Assembly: GCA_035308445.1 (NCBI GenBank)
Contig: DATGGQ010000011.1
Span: forward strand, 23,902-87,901
DNA: 64,000 bases
Origin: Candidatus Limnocylindrales bacterium
GTDB lineage: Bacteria > Chloroflexota > Limnocylindria > Limnocylindrales > CSP1-4
Direction of reading: 5' to 3'
Part shown: in pieces, positions 30,867 to 41,814 of the stretch
How the letters are laid out: every line of letters starts with the position of its first letter
Numbering within the stretch: position 1 is the stretch's first letter
Position numbers and translations under genes: made by a program
The notes under the pieces: model-generated
Databases searched by the model: none
Seen by the model: the letters and a program-made list of their open reading frames with translations, nothing else
Told to the model about the DNA's origin: nothing

Positions 30867-33236
30867 TCAGGCCGGGGCGACCTCCGGGTCGGGAGCGTTG
30901 CGATCGATGGGCGGCGGGGGCACGGGCTCGCCGATCGGCGGGGGCTCGCCGACCGCCGACGCGGATCCAGCGGGCGCGGCTCCCGGCGGCCCTGCGGCGT
31001 CCGGCTCCGCGGCACCGTTCGTGGCCGGCTCGGCGTCGGGTGTCAGCGCCGTGGGACCGGGCAGGATCGAGACCTTGTCGGCCGTCCTGTCGTAGCGCGA
31101 CGACGTCGTCAGGTAGATGACCTGGAAGTCGGCGCTGATCTCCTTGAGGAGCTGCAGGGCGCGCTTGGCCCGATCGTCGTCGAGGGTCACGAACGGATCG
31201 TCGAGGACGAGCGGCGGACGCCGGTCCCCGGTGACGAGCCGGACGAGGCCGATCCGGGCGGCGAGGTACACGAGGTCGAGGGTGCCCTGGCTGAGGACCG
31301 AGACGTCGACCCAGTCGCCGAGCTCCGGCGCGAACACCCGGATCCCGAGATCCTGGTCGTCGACCTTGACGCGGCGGTAGCGGCCGGCGGTCACGCGATC
31401 GAGATCGCCGACCATCCGCCGCTCGAGGTAGCGGGTCGCGGTCCGGATCGTCGCCCGCTCGGCGGCTTCGAGTGCCCGGAGGGTCGTGTCGTAGACGCGG
31501 GCTCGGCGCTGGAGGTGGGCGAGCTGCTCGCTCCAGGTCGCGACGTGCTCGGCGTGGGTCGCGACCTCCTCGGCGTCGATCGCGTTCTGGTCGACGCGGG
31601 CGCGGGCGCCCGCCTCCTCATCGCGGACGATCCCGAGCGTCCGGTCCGCGTCGGCGACCTCGACCTCGAGGCGCTCGCGAGCGCGCGCCTCGCGGGCGAT
31701 CGGCCCGAGCTCCTCGAGCGCGCCGGACTTCTGCTCGATCTCCGCCGCGGCGGCATCGCGCGCCTGCGGCAGCGTGCCGATCGGCTCGCGCCCGACGAGG
31801 CCCTCCAGCTGGGCCCGCAGCCGGAGGATGCTGTTCTCGTGGGCCTCGGATCGGTCCATGAGGTCCTGGACGGCGGCGAGATCCGGCAGGCTGATCGACG
31901 AGAGCTGGTTCTGGAGGAGGACCTCGGCCATCTGGAGCTCGTTCTCGAGCTGGGAGCGACCGCGGAGGCGGCGCTCGATCTCCGCCTCGCGCAGGTCCTT
32001 CGTCTTGCGGAAGTCCATGGCCCGGATCCGCTGGCGCCGGCCGATCATCGCCAGGATGACCCCGACGAACAGGAGGATGACCGCGATCGCCGGCGTCCCC
32101 GGGATGTCGATCGGCGCGCCGGGGATCTGGATCTGGACGGACGGCAGCCGGACCGGCAGCTTCGTGAGGGTGTCGGCAAGCACGAGGGCCACCGAGACGA
32201 GGATGAACACGACGGCGATCGCGGCCGTCGGGCGCCACGCCCGCGGCGTCGGCTCCTGGACCTCGAACTTGACCTCGACCTCGCCCTCGAGGCGGGCTTT
32301 CAGCTCGCGGATCCGGGCGTCGGCGTCCCGGACCTTGCCGAGGATCTCGCGGAGGAGCGGCAGCTCCATCTGCGACGGGCGCGCGGCCTCGAGCTTCGCG
32401 ATCTCGTCGGCGACGTCGACGGCGGCCCGGTAGCGCTCGAACCGCTGCTTCGCGACGTCGCGCTCGGTCGACAGCCGCTCCGCGAGCCGCGCCTTGTCCA
32501 GCAGGGAGCGCTTCTGGACGAGCGCGGCCTCGGCGGTGACCCGGCGATCGCGGGCTGTCGCCAGCGCATCGCGATCCTTCTCCAGCTGGCCAAGGGCCGC
32601 CTCGCCGTTCCTGAGGGCCGCCGCCGACTGGGCGAGGGCGGCCTCGGCGACCTTGATCTGGCCCGGGTTCTTGTCGCCCTTCGTGTTGAGGAGGAACAGC
32701 GCGCGTTCCAGCTTGCGGCGGGCCCGGCTCGTACCCCGGTCGCCGCCCGAGATCGAGGCCTGGAGGCGATCGCGGAGGGCGGCCTCGTCGCGATCGAGCC
32801 CGTCGAGCTCGTGGTGACGGACGGACGCGGTCGAGCGGAAGAAGGCCTCGGACGGGATCCCGGTCAGCTCGGCCATGACCTGATCGGCGAGGGCCGGATC
32901 GGTGATGGTCTGCCCGTCGGTCCGCAGGTCGACGGTGCCCTTCGAGCCGCGGAAGGCCTTCTCGAGCGAGCCGGCCTCGACCCCGTCCTCGACCTCCTGT
33001 TCGAACTCGAGGCGGACCCACGGCCGGTCGTCCTCGCCGGCCTTCCACGACCGCAGGCTGTCGAGATCGCCGGAGCTCGACGTGACCCGGCGGGTGAGCG
33101 CCAGCTCGAGGGCGCGCTGGATCGTCGTCTTGCCCGACTCGTTGGGGCCTCGAACGACGTTGAGGCCGGGCGCCAGCTGCAGGTCGAGATCGGCGTGGCG
33201 TCGCACGTTGCGGACCTGGAGCCGGGAGATCCTCAC
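30867..33236 (-). CDS. SbcC/Rad50-like ATPase with two internal TM helices (YhaN-like)
   Basis: N-terminal Walker A GPNESGKTT, long coiled coil interrupted by two hydrophobic helices (AIAVVFILVSVALVL / AIAVILLFVGVILAMIG), C-terminal signature and D-loop (VLDDPFVTLD). Confidence 0.8.
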   Translation of the reverse strand: MRISRLQVRNVRRHADLDLQLAPGLNVVRGPNESGKTTIQRALELALTRRVTSSSGDLDSLRSWKAGEDDRPWVRLEFEQEVEDGVEAGSLEKAFRGSKGTVDLRTDGQTITDPALADQVMAELTGIPSEAFFRSTASVRHHELDGLDRDEAALRDRLQASISGGDRGTSRARRKLERALFLLNTKGDKNPGQIKVAEAALAQSAAALRNGEAALGQLEKDRDALATARDRRVTAEAALVQKRSLLDKARLAERLSTERDVAKQRFERYRAAVDVADEIAKLEAARPSQMELPLLREILGKVRDADARIRELKARLEGEVEVKFEVQEPTPRAWRPTAAIAVVFILVSVALVLADTLTKLPVRLPSVQIQIPGAPIDIPGTPAIAVILLFVGVILAMIGRRQRIRAMDFRKTKDLREAEIERRLRGRSQLENELQMAEVLLQNQLSSISLPDLAAVQDLMDRSEAHENSILRLRAQLEGLVGREPIGTLPQARDAAAAEIEQKSGALEELGPIAREARARERLEVEVADADRTLGIVRDEEAGARARVDQNAIDAEEVATHAEHVATWSEQLAHLQRRARVYDTTLRALEAAERATIRTATRYLERRMVGDLDRVTAGRYRRVKVDDQDLGIRVFAPELGDWVDVSVLSQGTLDLVYLAARIGLVRLVTGDRRPPLVLDDPFVTLDDDRAKRALQLLKEISADFQVIYLTTSSRYDRTADKVSILPGPTALTPDAEPATNGAAEPDAAGPPGAAPAGSASAVGEPPPIGEPVPPPPIDRNAPDPEVAPA

Positions 33237-34450
33237 AGGGTGACCTCCTCGCCGGCGAGGAGGAGCCGTCCGAGGCGAAGGGCGTCCCGCAGCTCGGCCG
33301 CCGCGTCGCGCGCTGGGTCGGCGCCGTCGCCGGCCGCCCCGACGCCGTCGTCGGGACCCGACTCCAGGGCGCCGGCCTCGGCCTCGGCGATCTGGGCCTC
33401 CATGTCGCGGATGAACGCACCGAGCACGGTGTCGGGCAGGGGCACCGTCCCATCCGTCAGCGGCGCGATCGAGCGATCGCGGATCCGGAGCTTCAGGAAC
33501 CGCTCGCCGAGCTCGTTCTCGACCTCGTCGGTCGAGAGGTCCAGGACGTCGGGGCGGACGCCGATGAGCTGGACGTCGAGGACGAGGTCCGGGTCGGCCT
33601 TCGCGGCCAGCGTCTCGACGAGGGCCGGCTGGGAGCCCAACGTCGCCGCGTCGAGCTCGAGGCGCTCGAAGCGGGTCCTGCCGACCTTCCGCTCCTGGAC
33701 GTCGACCTGCTTCGTCTCGCCGGGCTTGTCGAGTGAGACCAGCAGGACGTTCCCCGCCCGGTCCTGGTCCATCGCCACGGCTTCGGGGGCGCCCGAGTAC
33801 GCGTAGATCGTGTCGCCGGCCCTGTCCTTCAGGGTCGAGTGCCAGTGGCCAAGGGCGAGGTAGTCGAGATGGCTGGCGGCGATCTGCTCGACCGTGATCA
33901 CGACATCATCGCCATCGGTCCGATCGGGGATCGCGACCGCCGCGTGCAGGAGCCCGACGTGCCAGGTGGCCCGATGGTCCGTCGCTGCGTCGAGGTTGAG
34001 GAGCGGTGATTCGGGGGCCCGTTTCGTGGCGAAGCAGCGGCCGTGGACGACGACGTCCAGCGCCGGCAGGTGGATCTCGGTGTGGTCCGGGTCGAGGACC
34101 GTCACGAGGTCCGTGCCGAGGGCGCCCGACATCGCCGGGATGTCGTAAGTCCGGTAGATCGAGGCGCGGTCGTAGACGTCGTGCGTGCCCGGGATCAGCA
34201 CGGTCCGGATCCGGGCCTCGACGAGGCGCCGGAGCTGGGACGCGGCCCGCTCAACGGAGCGCCGCGGCTGGACGTTCGAATCGAAGAGGTCGCCGGCGAT
34301 CAGGAAGAGGTCGACGCGCTCGGCGAGGGCCAGGTCGACGGAGGCCACGAACGCGGCGAACTGCCGTTCCCGCTGGGCCACGGCCTGGTCGCCGAGGTCC
34401 GCATGCCGGGCGCCCAGATGGACGTCGGCGGTGTGGACCAGACGCAGCAT
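33233..34450 (-). CDS. SbcD/Mre11-like metallophosphoesterase (YhaO-like)
   Basis: Calcineurin-like motifs (DVHLG, GDLFD, GTHD, GHWH), overlaps start of the SbcC-like gene by 4 nt. Confidence 0.8.
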   Translation of the reverse strand: MLRLVHTADVHLGARHADLGDQAVAQRERQFAAFVASVDLALAERVDLFLIAGDLFDSNVQPRRSVERAASQLRRLVEARIRTVLIPGTHDVYDRASIYRTYDIPAMSGALGTDLVTVLDPDHTEIHLPALDVVVHGRCFATKRAPESPLLNLDAATDHRATWHVGLLHAAVAIPDRTDGDDVVITVEQIAASHLDYLALGHWHSTLKDRAGDTIYAYSGAPEAVAMDQDRAGNVLLVSLDKPGETKQVDVQERKVGRTRFERLELDAATLGSQPALVETLAAKADPDLVLDVQLIGVRPDVLDLSTDEVENELGERFLKLRIRDRSIAPLTDGTVPLPDTVLGAFIRDMEAQIAEAEAGALESGPDDGVGAAGDGADPARDAAAELRDALRLGRLLLAGEEVTL

Positions 34451-34810
34451 CGGCGGAGCGGTCCCTCCTGCGATCCCCTACTCCGGAGGGCCTGGCGAGC
34501 GGGGCGCCCCCATTGCTCCCCGCCCGCCTGACCGTACCGTCGCAGGCCATTGTGACAGGTCGGCTGGCACGGTCAGTCAGGCCGGAGACGCTCGTCCGCG
34601 AGGTCGATTCGGCTCCGTCAACGGACCGACGGCGCGAACCGCCGAGGCGTTGTACCGTGGGGACACATTCACCGGCTCGCCCCGCGCTTGGGACTCCGGT
34701 TCGGCACCAAGGGTCGCGCGGCGCCGGCTGAACGGCCGATCTCCGCGATGCCGACGGAGCCCACCGAGGCAGCCAGCTCACTCGCGATCCACGCGCTCCG
34801 GAGGCATCTC

Positions 34811-35149
34811 GTGACGTACACCGACCGATCGATCACCTGCGTCGACTGCGGCCAGGAGTTCATCCATTCCGCCGACGATCAGGCCTACTACGCCGAGAAG
34901 GGCTTCGCCTCCGACCCGAAGCGCTGCGTGAGCTGCCGGGCCAGCCGCCGCGCCGCCCGCGAAGCCGGCTCCTCGTACGGCGCCCAGGACCTCGGCGGCC
35001 CGCGCGGCTACGAGCGCAGCGCCCCGACCCGCGAGTACTTCGCGGTCCTGTGCTCCGAGTGCGGCAACCAGGCGCAGGTCCCGTTCAAGCCCCGGATGGA
35101 CCGCCCGGTCTACTGCTCCGACTGCTTCCGCAAGGTCCACCCCGACTGA
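34811..35149 (+). CDS. tandem zf-trcl zinc-ribbon protein
   Basis: Two copies of CxxCGxxF...YYAEKGF...PKRCxxCR-type ribbon (ITCVDCGQEF...RCVSCR; LCSECGNQAQVPF...VYCSDCFRK). GTG start with GGAGG 6 nt upstream; longer TTG/ATG starts (34688/34748) possible. Confidence 0.6.
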   Translation: MTYTDRSITCVDCGQEFIHSADDQAYYAEKGFASDPKRCVSCRASRRAAREAGSSYGAQDLGGPRGYERSAPTREYFAVLCSECGNQAQVPFKPRMDRPVYCSDCFRKVHPD

Positions 35150-35385
35150 CCTCGTCCCGGGCCGACGGGCGTGGTGCCCATGACCTCAGGCCCACAGCCG
35201 GCCGCCGCGTACGCGATGGCGGGCCGCTTCGCGGCGGACCGCTCGATGGCCGCTCGGGAACAGGCTGCGACGCCGGCCGCTCGATGGCCGGCCTGTTCGA
35301 GGCGGGCGCCCAGCCGCCGCCACCCGGCACTTCATGTCATACGAACGCAACCAGGGCAATGGGCCGGGAATCCGGGTTCCAGCAC

Positions 35386-35405
35386 GTCGTGTGGCGCGCC
35401 ACGAC
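35386..35405. promoter_or_regulatory. near-perfect 20-bp palindrome in long leader upstream of the DHA2 MFS gene
   Basis: GTCGTGTGGCGCGCCACGAC (core TGGCGCGCCA is a perfect palindrome) within a 520-bp intergenic region that is locally less GC-rich. Confidence 0.25.
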
Positions 35406-35669
35406 CGGCTGATTCATCTCGCCGCGAGCGTGGCTCGGGACGAATCCGGGGTGACCAGCGGCGAGGCGGAGCCTGCAGCGACGCTAACGCTCGGGTGGCG
35501 TGCGTCTGGCACACATCGCGGGAGCCGCGGCGAGGCTCGGTCGGGCGCGACATCGTGGCGGCCGGGGCGGCCACGGCCCCCGGGGCGGCCGCGTCGACGG
35601 GTAGCGACCAGGCGAGTGACACGGGACCCGTCGATCCAACCCGAAGGATCGAACCCATAGACTGACGGC

Positions 35670-37259
35670 GTGACCCGCACCGAGCGCGCGACCCTGGCGG
35701 CGGCCGTGCTCGGCTCGGCGATCGTCTTCCTCGACGGCTCGATCGTGAACCTGGCGCTCAACCAGATCGGGAACGACCTTCCGTCCACGATCCTCGGCCG
35801 GCTCGAGGGCCAGGCGTACGTCTCGACGGGATACCTGGCGACGCTGGCCGCCCTGCTGATCTTGGCCGGCGCGCTCGGCGACTACTACGGCCGGCGCCGC
35901 GTCTTCCTGATGGGCCTCGTCGGTTTCGGGATCACGTCGGCGATCTGCGGCCTCGCCCCCAACCTCGAGCTGCTCGTGGTCGCCCGGATCTTCCAGGGCA
36001 TCGCCGGAGCCCTGCTCGTGCCCGGGGCCCTGGCGATCATCACGGCGACGTTCGACGGACCCGCCCGCGGCCGGGCGTTCGGGATCTGGGCGGCCGCGAC
36101 GACCGGCGTCACGACCTTCGGGCCGCCGCTCGGCGGCATCCTCGTCCAGCTCGTCTCGTGGCGCAGCGCCTTCCTGATCAATATCCCGCTCGTCATCGTC
36201 GCGGTGTGGCTCACCACCCGGTTCATGCGCGAGACCAGGGACGAGACGGCAAGCGGACACTTCGACTGGCTCGGAGCATTTGTCGCCGCGGTGGCGATCG
36301 GCGGCCTCTCGTTCGGGATCATCCGCGGCCAGCAGAAGGAGTGGCAGGACCCGGTCGCCTGGACGGCGATCGTCGTCGGGGCCGTCGGCTTCGTGATCTT
36401 CCCGTTCCTCATGGCGAAGCGCGCCCACCCCCTCGTGCCGCTCAGCCTCTTCCGGAGCCGAGCCTTCACGGCGATCAACATCTCGACCCTGCTGATCTAC
36501 GGGGCGCTGTACGCGAACTTCACGTTCCAGGCCCTCTTCATGCAGGGGACGCTCGGCTACTCGCCACTCGGCGCCGCGCTCATCGGCCTGCCGAGCGGGC
36601 TGATCCTCACGTTCCTCTCGACCCGCGTCGGCACGATCGCCGGCCGGGTCGGGGCACGCCGGTTCCTCGTCGCCGGGCCGCTGATCATGGCCGCCGGCCT
36701 GCTGTGGTGGCTGCGCGTCCCGGCCACCTCGACGCCGTGGACGGCCAACCCGGCGATCCCCGCGACGCTGGCGCCACCGCTCTCGGTGTTCACCGATCCA
36801 CTGCCGTCAGTGCTCCTGTTCGGCTTCGGGATCGCCCTCGTCGTCGCGCCCTTGACGTCGACGCTGATGAGCTCGATCCCGGTCCGGAATGCCGGCCTCG
36901 GCTCGGCGATCAACAACGCCCTCTCGCGGATCGGCTCGCCGATCGTGAGCCCGCTCCTGTTTGTCGTGGTCAGCAACACCTTCTACTCGGCCCTCGCGAC
37001 GGCGTCGCCGGGCACGGACCCGGGCTCGGCCAGCCTCCGAGCGACGTTCTCGCCCCTCGCGCCACCGCCGGCCGGCGCGGATCCGGGGGTGGCCGCCGCC
37101 GCGCATCTCGCCTCGACCGATGCCTACCACCTCGCGGTGATCGTGTGCGCCGTCCTGTTCATCGCGGGCGCGATCGTCAACTTCGTGGGGCTGCGTGGCA
37201 CGGGCGCCACCTCCGCCGAGCCAGCGTCGGCCGAACCGGTCGCGGCAGCGCCCGGCTGA
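35670..37259 (+). CDS. MFS transporter, DHA2 (14-TM, EmrB/QacA-like) family
   Basis: 14 TM helices, DHA2 motifs. GTG start. Confidence 0.85.
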   Translation: MTRTERATLAAAVLGSAIVFLDGSIVNLALNQIGNDLPSTILGRLEGQAYVSTGYLATLAALLILAGALGDYYGRRRVFLMGLVGFGITSAICGLAPNLELLVVARIFQGIAGALLVPGALAIITATFDGPARGRAFGIWAAATTGVTTFGPPLGGILVQLVSWRSAFLINIPLVIVAVWLTTRFMRETRDETASGHFDWLGAFVAAVAIGGLSFGIIRGQQKEWQDPVAWTAIVVGAVGFVIFPFLMAKRAHPLVPLSLFRSRAFTAINISTLLIYGALYANFTFQALFMQGTLGYSPLGAALIGLPSGLILTFLSTRVGTIAGRVGARRFLVAGPLIMAAGLLWWLRVPATSTPWTANPAIPATLAPPLSVFTDPLPSVLLFGFGIALVVAPLTSTLMSSIPVRNAGLGSAINNALSRIGSPIVSPLLFVVVSNTFYSALATASPGTDPGSASLRATFSPLAPPPAGADPGVAAAAHLASTDAYHLAVIVCAVLFIAGAIVNFVGLRGTGATSAEPASAEPVAAAPG

Positions 37260-37421
37260 GGCCCTCCTCCAGACAGGCGAAGAGGCGGACCGGCCAACGG
37301 CCCGCCTCGACGGTTGACGCCCCCCGGCTCGTCGGCCGGGATGGTTTCGGGATGTTCCCGGCTCGTCCGCCGGGACGGGTTTCGGCCCTTCCCGGCTGGT
37401 CGCCGGGGCGGCCGCTCGGGT

Positions 37422-37817
37422 TCAGGCCTTCTTGGGCTGGGCCTGGTATTCCTTCCAGGCGCCCCAGACCATCACGAGCGACCCGACGAGCGAGCCGAGC
37501 AGCGCGATGACGTAGGCACCGCCGTAGAAGATCGCGAGGAAGCCGAAGATGCTCAGCAGGCCGAGGAGGCCGAAGAGCGCCGCGATCGCGGTGACCACCA
37601 GGACGATCGTGGCCACGGGCGCCGGCCAGGTCATGTTCGGCGAGCTGTACTTCAGCCAGTAGACGACGAGGACGATGATCGCCGTGATGAACCCGTAGCT
37701 GATCCCCCCGGTCACCAGCCCGACCAGCCACGAGATGATCGAGATGATCGCGCCGTAGCCGACGATCTTCTCGTTCGCGTTGAGCTTGGCCCACCACTCC
37801 TGGATCTGCACTGCCAT
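37422..37817 (-). CDS. small hypothetical membrane protein (4 TM)
   Basis: Hydrophobic 130-aa ORF downstream of mobA. No recognisable family. Confidence 0.5.
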   Translation of the reverse strand: MAVQIQEWWAKLNANEKIVGYGAIISIISWLVGLVTGGISYGFITAIIVLVVYWLKYSSPNMTWPAPVATIVLVVTAIAALFGLLGLLSIFGFLAIFYGGAYVIALLGSLVGSLVMVWGAWKEYQAQPKKA

Positions 37818-37867
37818 CCTCCGCATGTGTCAGCCCACATCCGCGCATTCGCGCCGGCGTGCGGCCG

Positions 37868-38506
37868 CTAGCGTAGTCCCCGATCCCGCTGATCGGAAGC
37901 CCCGAGCCGATCCACGATCGATTGCAGGTCCTCGGGCCGGTCGACGTCGACGAGGCTGCCGCCGTCCGGATCCACGGCTCGCCACTCGGCCTCGGGCACC
38001 CCGCTGGTCCGGAGGCGGTCGAGGAGCGATCGCAGCGACCGGTCTCCCCGGCCGAGCGCGGTCATGGAGGCGGCGCGAGCGGGCGCGACGCGAAGGGCCG
38101 CCGGCAGCGGCCGGCGATCGCCCGCGACGTCGAGGACGGCGGCTTCCGGCGGGCCAGGCGGATCGCCGCGTCCGAGCTCCGCGAGCAGTCGCCGGAGCAG
38201 CGCCGGCCGGACCAGCGGCATGTCGCCACCGATCACGATCGCGAGGTTCTCGTCGGTCGCGGCGAGCCCCGCGGCGAGGCCGACGAGCGGGCCGCCGAAT
38301 GGCTCTGGGTCGATCACGAACCGCGCGCCTGGACGGAGGGCAACGTTCGCCGACCCGGGAGCCAGCACGACGATGACCTCCTCGGCGACCGCCGTCGCCG
38401 CCGCGACGGCGTGGTCGAGCAGGGGCCGGCCGTCGAGGATCGCCTCGAGCTTCGATCCACCGAACCGCGACGACTGCCCGCCGGCGAGGACGATCGCGGC
38501 GGTCAT
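37868..38506 (-). CDS. mobA: molybdenum cofactor guanylyltransferase
   Basis: LAGGQSSRFG motif, MobA length. 4-nt overlap with selB stop. Confidence 0.8.
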   Translation of the reverse strand: MTAAIVLAGGQSSRFGGSKLEAILDGRPLLDHAVAAATAVAEEVIVVLAPGSANVALRPGARFVIDPEPFGGPLVGLAAGLAATDENLAIVIGGDMPLVRPALLRRLLAELGRGDPPGPPEAAVLDVAGDRRPLPAALRVAPARAASMTALGRGDRSLRSLLDRLRTSGVPEAEWRAVDPDGGSLVDVDRPEDLQSIVDRLGASDQRDRGLR

Positions 38507-40440
38507 GCCGGAACGGGCGGCTTCGGCGCCCGCGGGCCCGGGACGTGGCCCTCGGGCGTGCGCTTGAGGATCTCGCGGCGATCGAGGTCCTCAAGGATCG
38601 CAAGCACGTACCGTCGGCTCGTGCCGGTCGCGTCCCGGAACGCCGCGGGCGTCAGGGCGCCGATCGTCGCGAGGTCGAGGGCCTGCCGAGCCAGATCCCG
38701 ATAGGTCGAGGTCGCCCAGGCGAGGTCGGCTTCGAGCCGGATCAGCCGGCCGGCGGCGAACAACGCCCGGACGCCCTCGGGGGAGCAGCCGGCCGACCGG
38801 GCGGCCTCGGAGAGCGGCAGCGGAGCCGGGACCGCGAGGAGCCGCTCGAGGCGGTCCATCGCGGCCGAGGTCTCCGGTGGGATCGCCGGCCCGGCCGATG
38901 GATCCCGAAGCTGGTCGCCGCCGCGAGCGACGCGGCCCCGGCCGACGAGGTCGCCGATCACCGCGTCGACGGCCTGGATCGCCGCGGGCCCCGCGTCGCG
39001 GTCGAGGGCCGAACGGCGGCGAAGGCTGCGGAGCGCGATCGATCGAACATCGGCCACCGATCGGCCCGCGCTGCCGCTGACGGTGCCGAGGATGTCGGCC
39101 TCGAGCGCCGCGATGACGTCCGGCGCGAGCACGAGCCCGGTTGCCGGACCGCTCGCCGCTGCCTCGCGCTCGCCCGCGGAGGCGAGCGCGTTCCGGACGG
39201 CCATGACGCGAGCTGCCGGAAGCGCGCCATGCAGGGCGACGAGGGCATCGGCCGCGGCCGCGGCGTCGGCCGATTCGACCGCCTCGGCGAGGGCTCGTGC
39301 CCGCTCCACGTTGATTCGGCGACGAGCCACGCCGCGCGGGGCGATCGGATCGAGCACCCGGAGGGACGCGATCGGGAGGCCCGGCGAGGGCCGGCGGAGC
39401 ACGCCCCGGTCGCCGACGAAGGTCGCCACCGGCTCGGTGAGTCGGATCCGGACCCCGATCGAGCCATCGTCGAGATCGATCGCCTCGCGGCCCCGGGTCC
39501 GCACCTCCGCGTCGACCTGGCCGGTCCCGAGGTGGAGCCGCAGGACGGTGCCGTGGGCGGGCGGCCAGCGCTCGCCCGAGCGGCCTGCGAGATCCACGAT
39601 CGCCCGAAGGCGAACGAAGGGCCGATCGGACGGCTCGATCCCCGGATCGCCCGTGAGCACGTGGCCGCGCCGGAGCTGCCCTGCTGCGATACCGGCGACG
39701 TTCAACGCGGTCCGGCCGCCGTCATGCGCGTCCGCCGACCTGTTGTGGACCTCGAGACCGCGGACGCGCACGGGCTGCCCGCCCGGCTCGAGACGCAGGA
39801 TGTCGCCAGCAGCGATCGTGCCGCCGCGCAGCGATCCCGTGACCACCACGCCTCGACCCTTCACCGTGAACACCCGGTCGATGGCGAGCCGGCGGGGGCC
39901 GGCGGGAGCGGCCTGCCTCCGGACCGCGACCCGGTCACGAAGCGCGTGAAGCGCGGCGACGACGCCGGGCACGCCCGCCCCGCTCACGCCGGATGCCACG
40001 AGGATCGGCGAGCCCTCGAGGGTCGTCCGATCGAGAAGCGCCTGGACGTCGGCGGCCACCTCGTCGATCCGAGCGGCAGCGACCGCGTCGGCCTTCGTCA
40101 CGACCGCGACCCCGTCGCGGATCCCGAGCCCGTCGAGCAGCTCGAGGTGCTCCAGCGTCTGCGGCCGCGGTCCGTCGTCGGCGGCGACCACGAGCAGCGC
40201 CGCGTCGATCTCGCCCGCCCCGACCAGCATGTTGCCGACGTATCGGTCGTGCCCGGGCACGTCCACGAAGTCGAGGCTCGTGCCGTCGTCGAGGTCGAGG
40301 TGGGCATAGCCGACGTCGATCGTCAGGCCGCGAGCTCGCTCCTCGGGCAGGCGGTCGGCATCGATGCCGGTGATCGCCCGGAGCAGGGTCGTCTTGCCAT
40401 GGTCGATGTGGCCGGCGGTGCCGATGACGACCGTCGCCAT
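38503..40440 (-). CDS. selB: selenocysteine-specific translation elongation factor
   Basis: GTPase G1 [22 protein letters not shown]-like TKAD, ~640 aa with winged-helix C-terminal extension. Adjacent to selA and tRNA-Sec. Confidence 0.9.
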   Translation of the reverse strand: MATVVIGTAGHIDHGKTTLLRAITGIDADRLPEERARGLTIDVGYAHLDLDDGTSLDFVDVPGHDRYVGNMLVGAGEIDAALLVVAADDGPRPQTLEHLELLDGLGIRDGVAVVTKADAVAAARIDEVAADVQALLDRTTLEGSPILVASGVSGAGVPGVVAALHALRDRVAVRRQAAPAGPRRLAIDRVFTVKGRGVVVTGSLRGGTIAAGDILRLEPGGQPVRVRGLEVHNRSADAHDGGRTALNVAGIAAGQLRRGHVLTGDPGIEPSDRPFVRLRAIVDLAGRSGERWPPAHGTVLRLHLGTGQVDAEVRTRGREAIDLDDGSIGVRIRLTEPVATFVGDRGVLRRPSPGLPIASLRVLDPIAPRGVARRRINVERARALAEAVESADAAAAADALVALHGALPAARVMAVRNALASAGEREAAASGPATGLVLAPDVIAALEADILGTVSGSAGRSVADVRSIALRSLRRRSALDRDAGPAAIQAVDAVIGDLVGRGRVARGGDQLRDPSAGPAIPPETSAAMDRLERLLAVPAPLPLSEAARSAGCSPEGVRALFAAGRLIRLEADLAWATSTYRDLARQALDLATIGALTPAAFRDATGTSRRYVLAILEDLDRREILKRTPEGHVPGPRAPKPPVPA

Positions 40441-40443
40441 CGG

Positions 40444-41799
40444 TCAGGCGGCCAGGGCCCGGGCGATTGCCTCCGCCAGGTCGTCGTCCCGGTCGGGCTC
40501 GACGGTCCGGAGATCGAGGATGACGCGCCGGTCCTCGATCCGGCCGACGACGGCCGGTCGTCCGGTCCGCAGCGCCTTCGCGAGCGCGTCAGCGCGCCGG
40601 GTCCCGAGCGCGAGCCCGCGCGACGGCAGGCCGACCCCCGGCAGCGCCCCGCCCCCGAACGTCGCCTCGGTCTCGATCGCCAGCGTCCCGGTCCGGGTCG
40701 CGAGGGCAGCCGCGCGCGTCGCCAGGGCCGAGACCGGCGCCGAGACGGCACGCCAGAGCGGGACCTCCTCGACCGCTCGGCCGGACCGATAGAGGCCCAG
40801 CGTCGCCGCCACCGCCGAGAGCGTGACCTTGTCCGGTCGCATCGCCCGGGCCAGCGGGTCGCGCCGGATCCGGTCGACGAGGTCGTGTCGACCGACGACG
40901 AGCCCGGCCTGCGGCCCGCCCACGAGCTTGTCGCCGCTGAACGTCACGATGTCGGCCCCGGCGGCGAGCCGCTCCCGCGGCTCGGGCTCGTGCGGCAGGC
41001 CGAATCGAGCGGTGTCGAGGAGCGCCCCGGACCCGAGATCGTCGACAACGATCGCCCCGTGGGCGTGGGCGAGGCCAGCGACCGCCTCGAGATCGGGGTC
41101 CTCGACGAAGCCTTCCTGGCGGAAGTTGGAGCGATGGACGCGGAGGACCACGCCCGCCCGCCGCTCCTCCAGCGCCGCCTCGAAGTCGGCGGCCCGCGTG
41201 CGATTGGTGGTCCCGACCTCGACGAGGCGAGCCCCGGCGCGGCGGATGATCTCGGGGATGCGCACGCCGCCGCCGATCTCGACGAGCTCGCCCCGCGACA
41301 CGACGACCGGGCCGCCACGGCCCGCGAGGCCGACCGCGAGGGCAACGGCGGCGGCGTTGTTGTTCGTGACGAGGGCGTCCTGCGCGCCGGTCAGGTCGAC
41401 GAGCAGGTCCTCGGCGGCCCGATAGCGACGCCCGCGCCGGCCGGTGTCCGCGTCCAGCTCGAGCAGCAGCGCCGACGCGGCGGCCGCTCCCGCCGCCTCG
41501 ATCGCGACGGCGGGCCACGCCGCGCGCCCGAGGTTCGTGTGGATGAGCACGCCGGTCGCGTTGATCACGAGCGGCGGCTCGGCGGCCCGATCCCGCGCAT
41601 CGAGCCACGCGGCGGCTTCCTCGGCCAGGAGCTCGGGCGATCGGGCGCCAGCGCCGGTCTCCGCCGCGAGCCGATCCCGCTCGGCCGCCACCGCCGATCG
41701 AGCCGCGTCGAGCAGCGCCGCCGGGTCGCGACCGTCGGCGCTCCTCCGGAGGACGGCGAGGACGCGCTCGACGCTCGGCGGTCGGCTCGCGGTCGTCAC
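40444..41799 (-). CDS. selA: L-seryl-tRNA(Sec) selenium transferase
   Basis: PSVERVL N-terminus, PLP-lysine region ([13 protein letters not shown]), ~450 aa. GTG start with AGGAGG 10 nt upstream. Confidence 0.9.
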   Translation of the reverse strand: MTTASRPPSVERVLAVLRRSADGRDPAALLDAARSAVAAERDRLAAETGAGARSPELLAEEAAAWLDARDRAAEPPLVINATGVLIHTNLGRAAWPAVAIEAAGAAAASALLLELDADTGRRGRRYRAAEDLLVDLTGAQDALVTNNNAAAVALAVGLAGRGGPVVVSRGELVEIGGGVRIPEIIRRAGARLVEVGTTNRTRAADFEAALEERRAGVVLRVHRSNFRQEGFVEDPDLEAVAGLAHAHGAIVVDDLGSGALLDTARFGLPHEPEPRERLAAGADIVTFSGDKLVGGPQAGLVVGRHDLVDRIRRDPLARAMRPDKVTLSAVAATLGLYRSGRAVEEVPLWRAVSAPVSALATRAAALATRTGTLAIETEATFGGGALPGVGLPSRGLALGTRRADALAKALRTGRPAVVGRIEDRRVILDLRTVEPDRDDDLAEAIARALAA

Positions 41800-41814
41800 G
41801 TCGGAGACACCTCC

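Noticed and set aside
35171-35665. 164-aa plus ORF in the long leader upstream of the MFS gene
   Set aside because: Arg/Ala/Gly-rich with no motif, in a region of locally lower GC. Treated as non-coding regulatory DNA.
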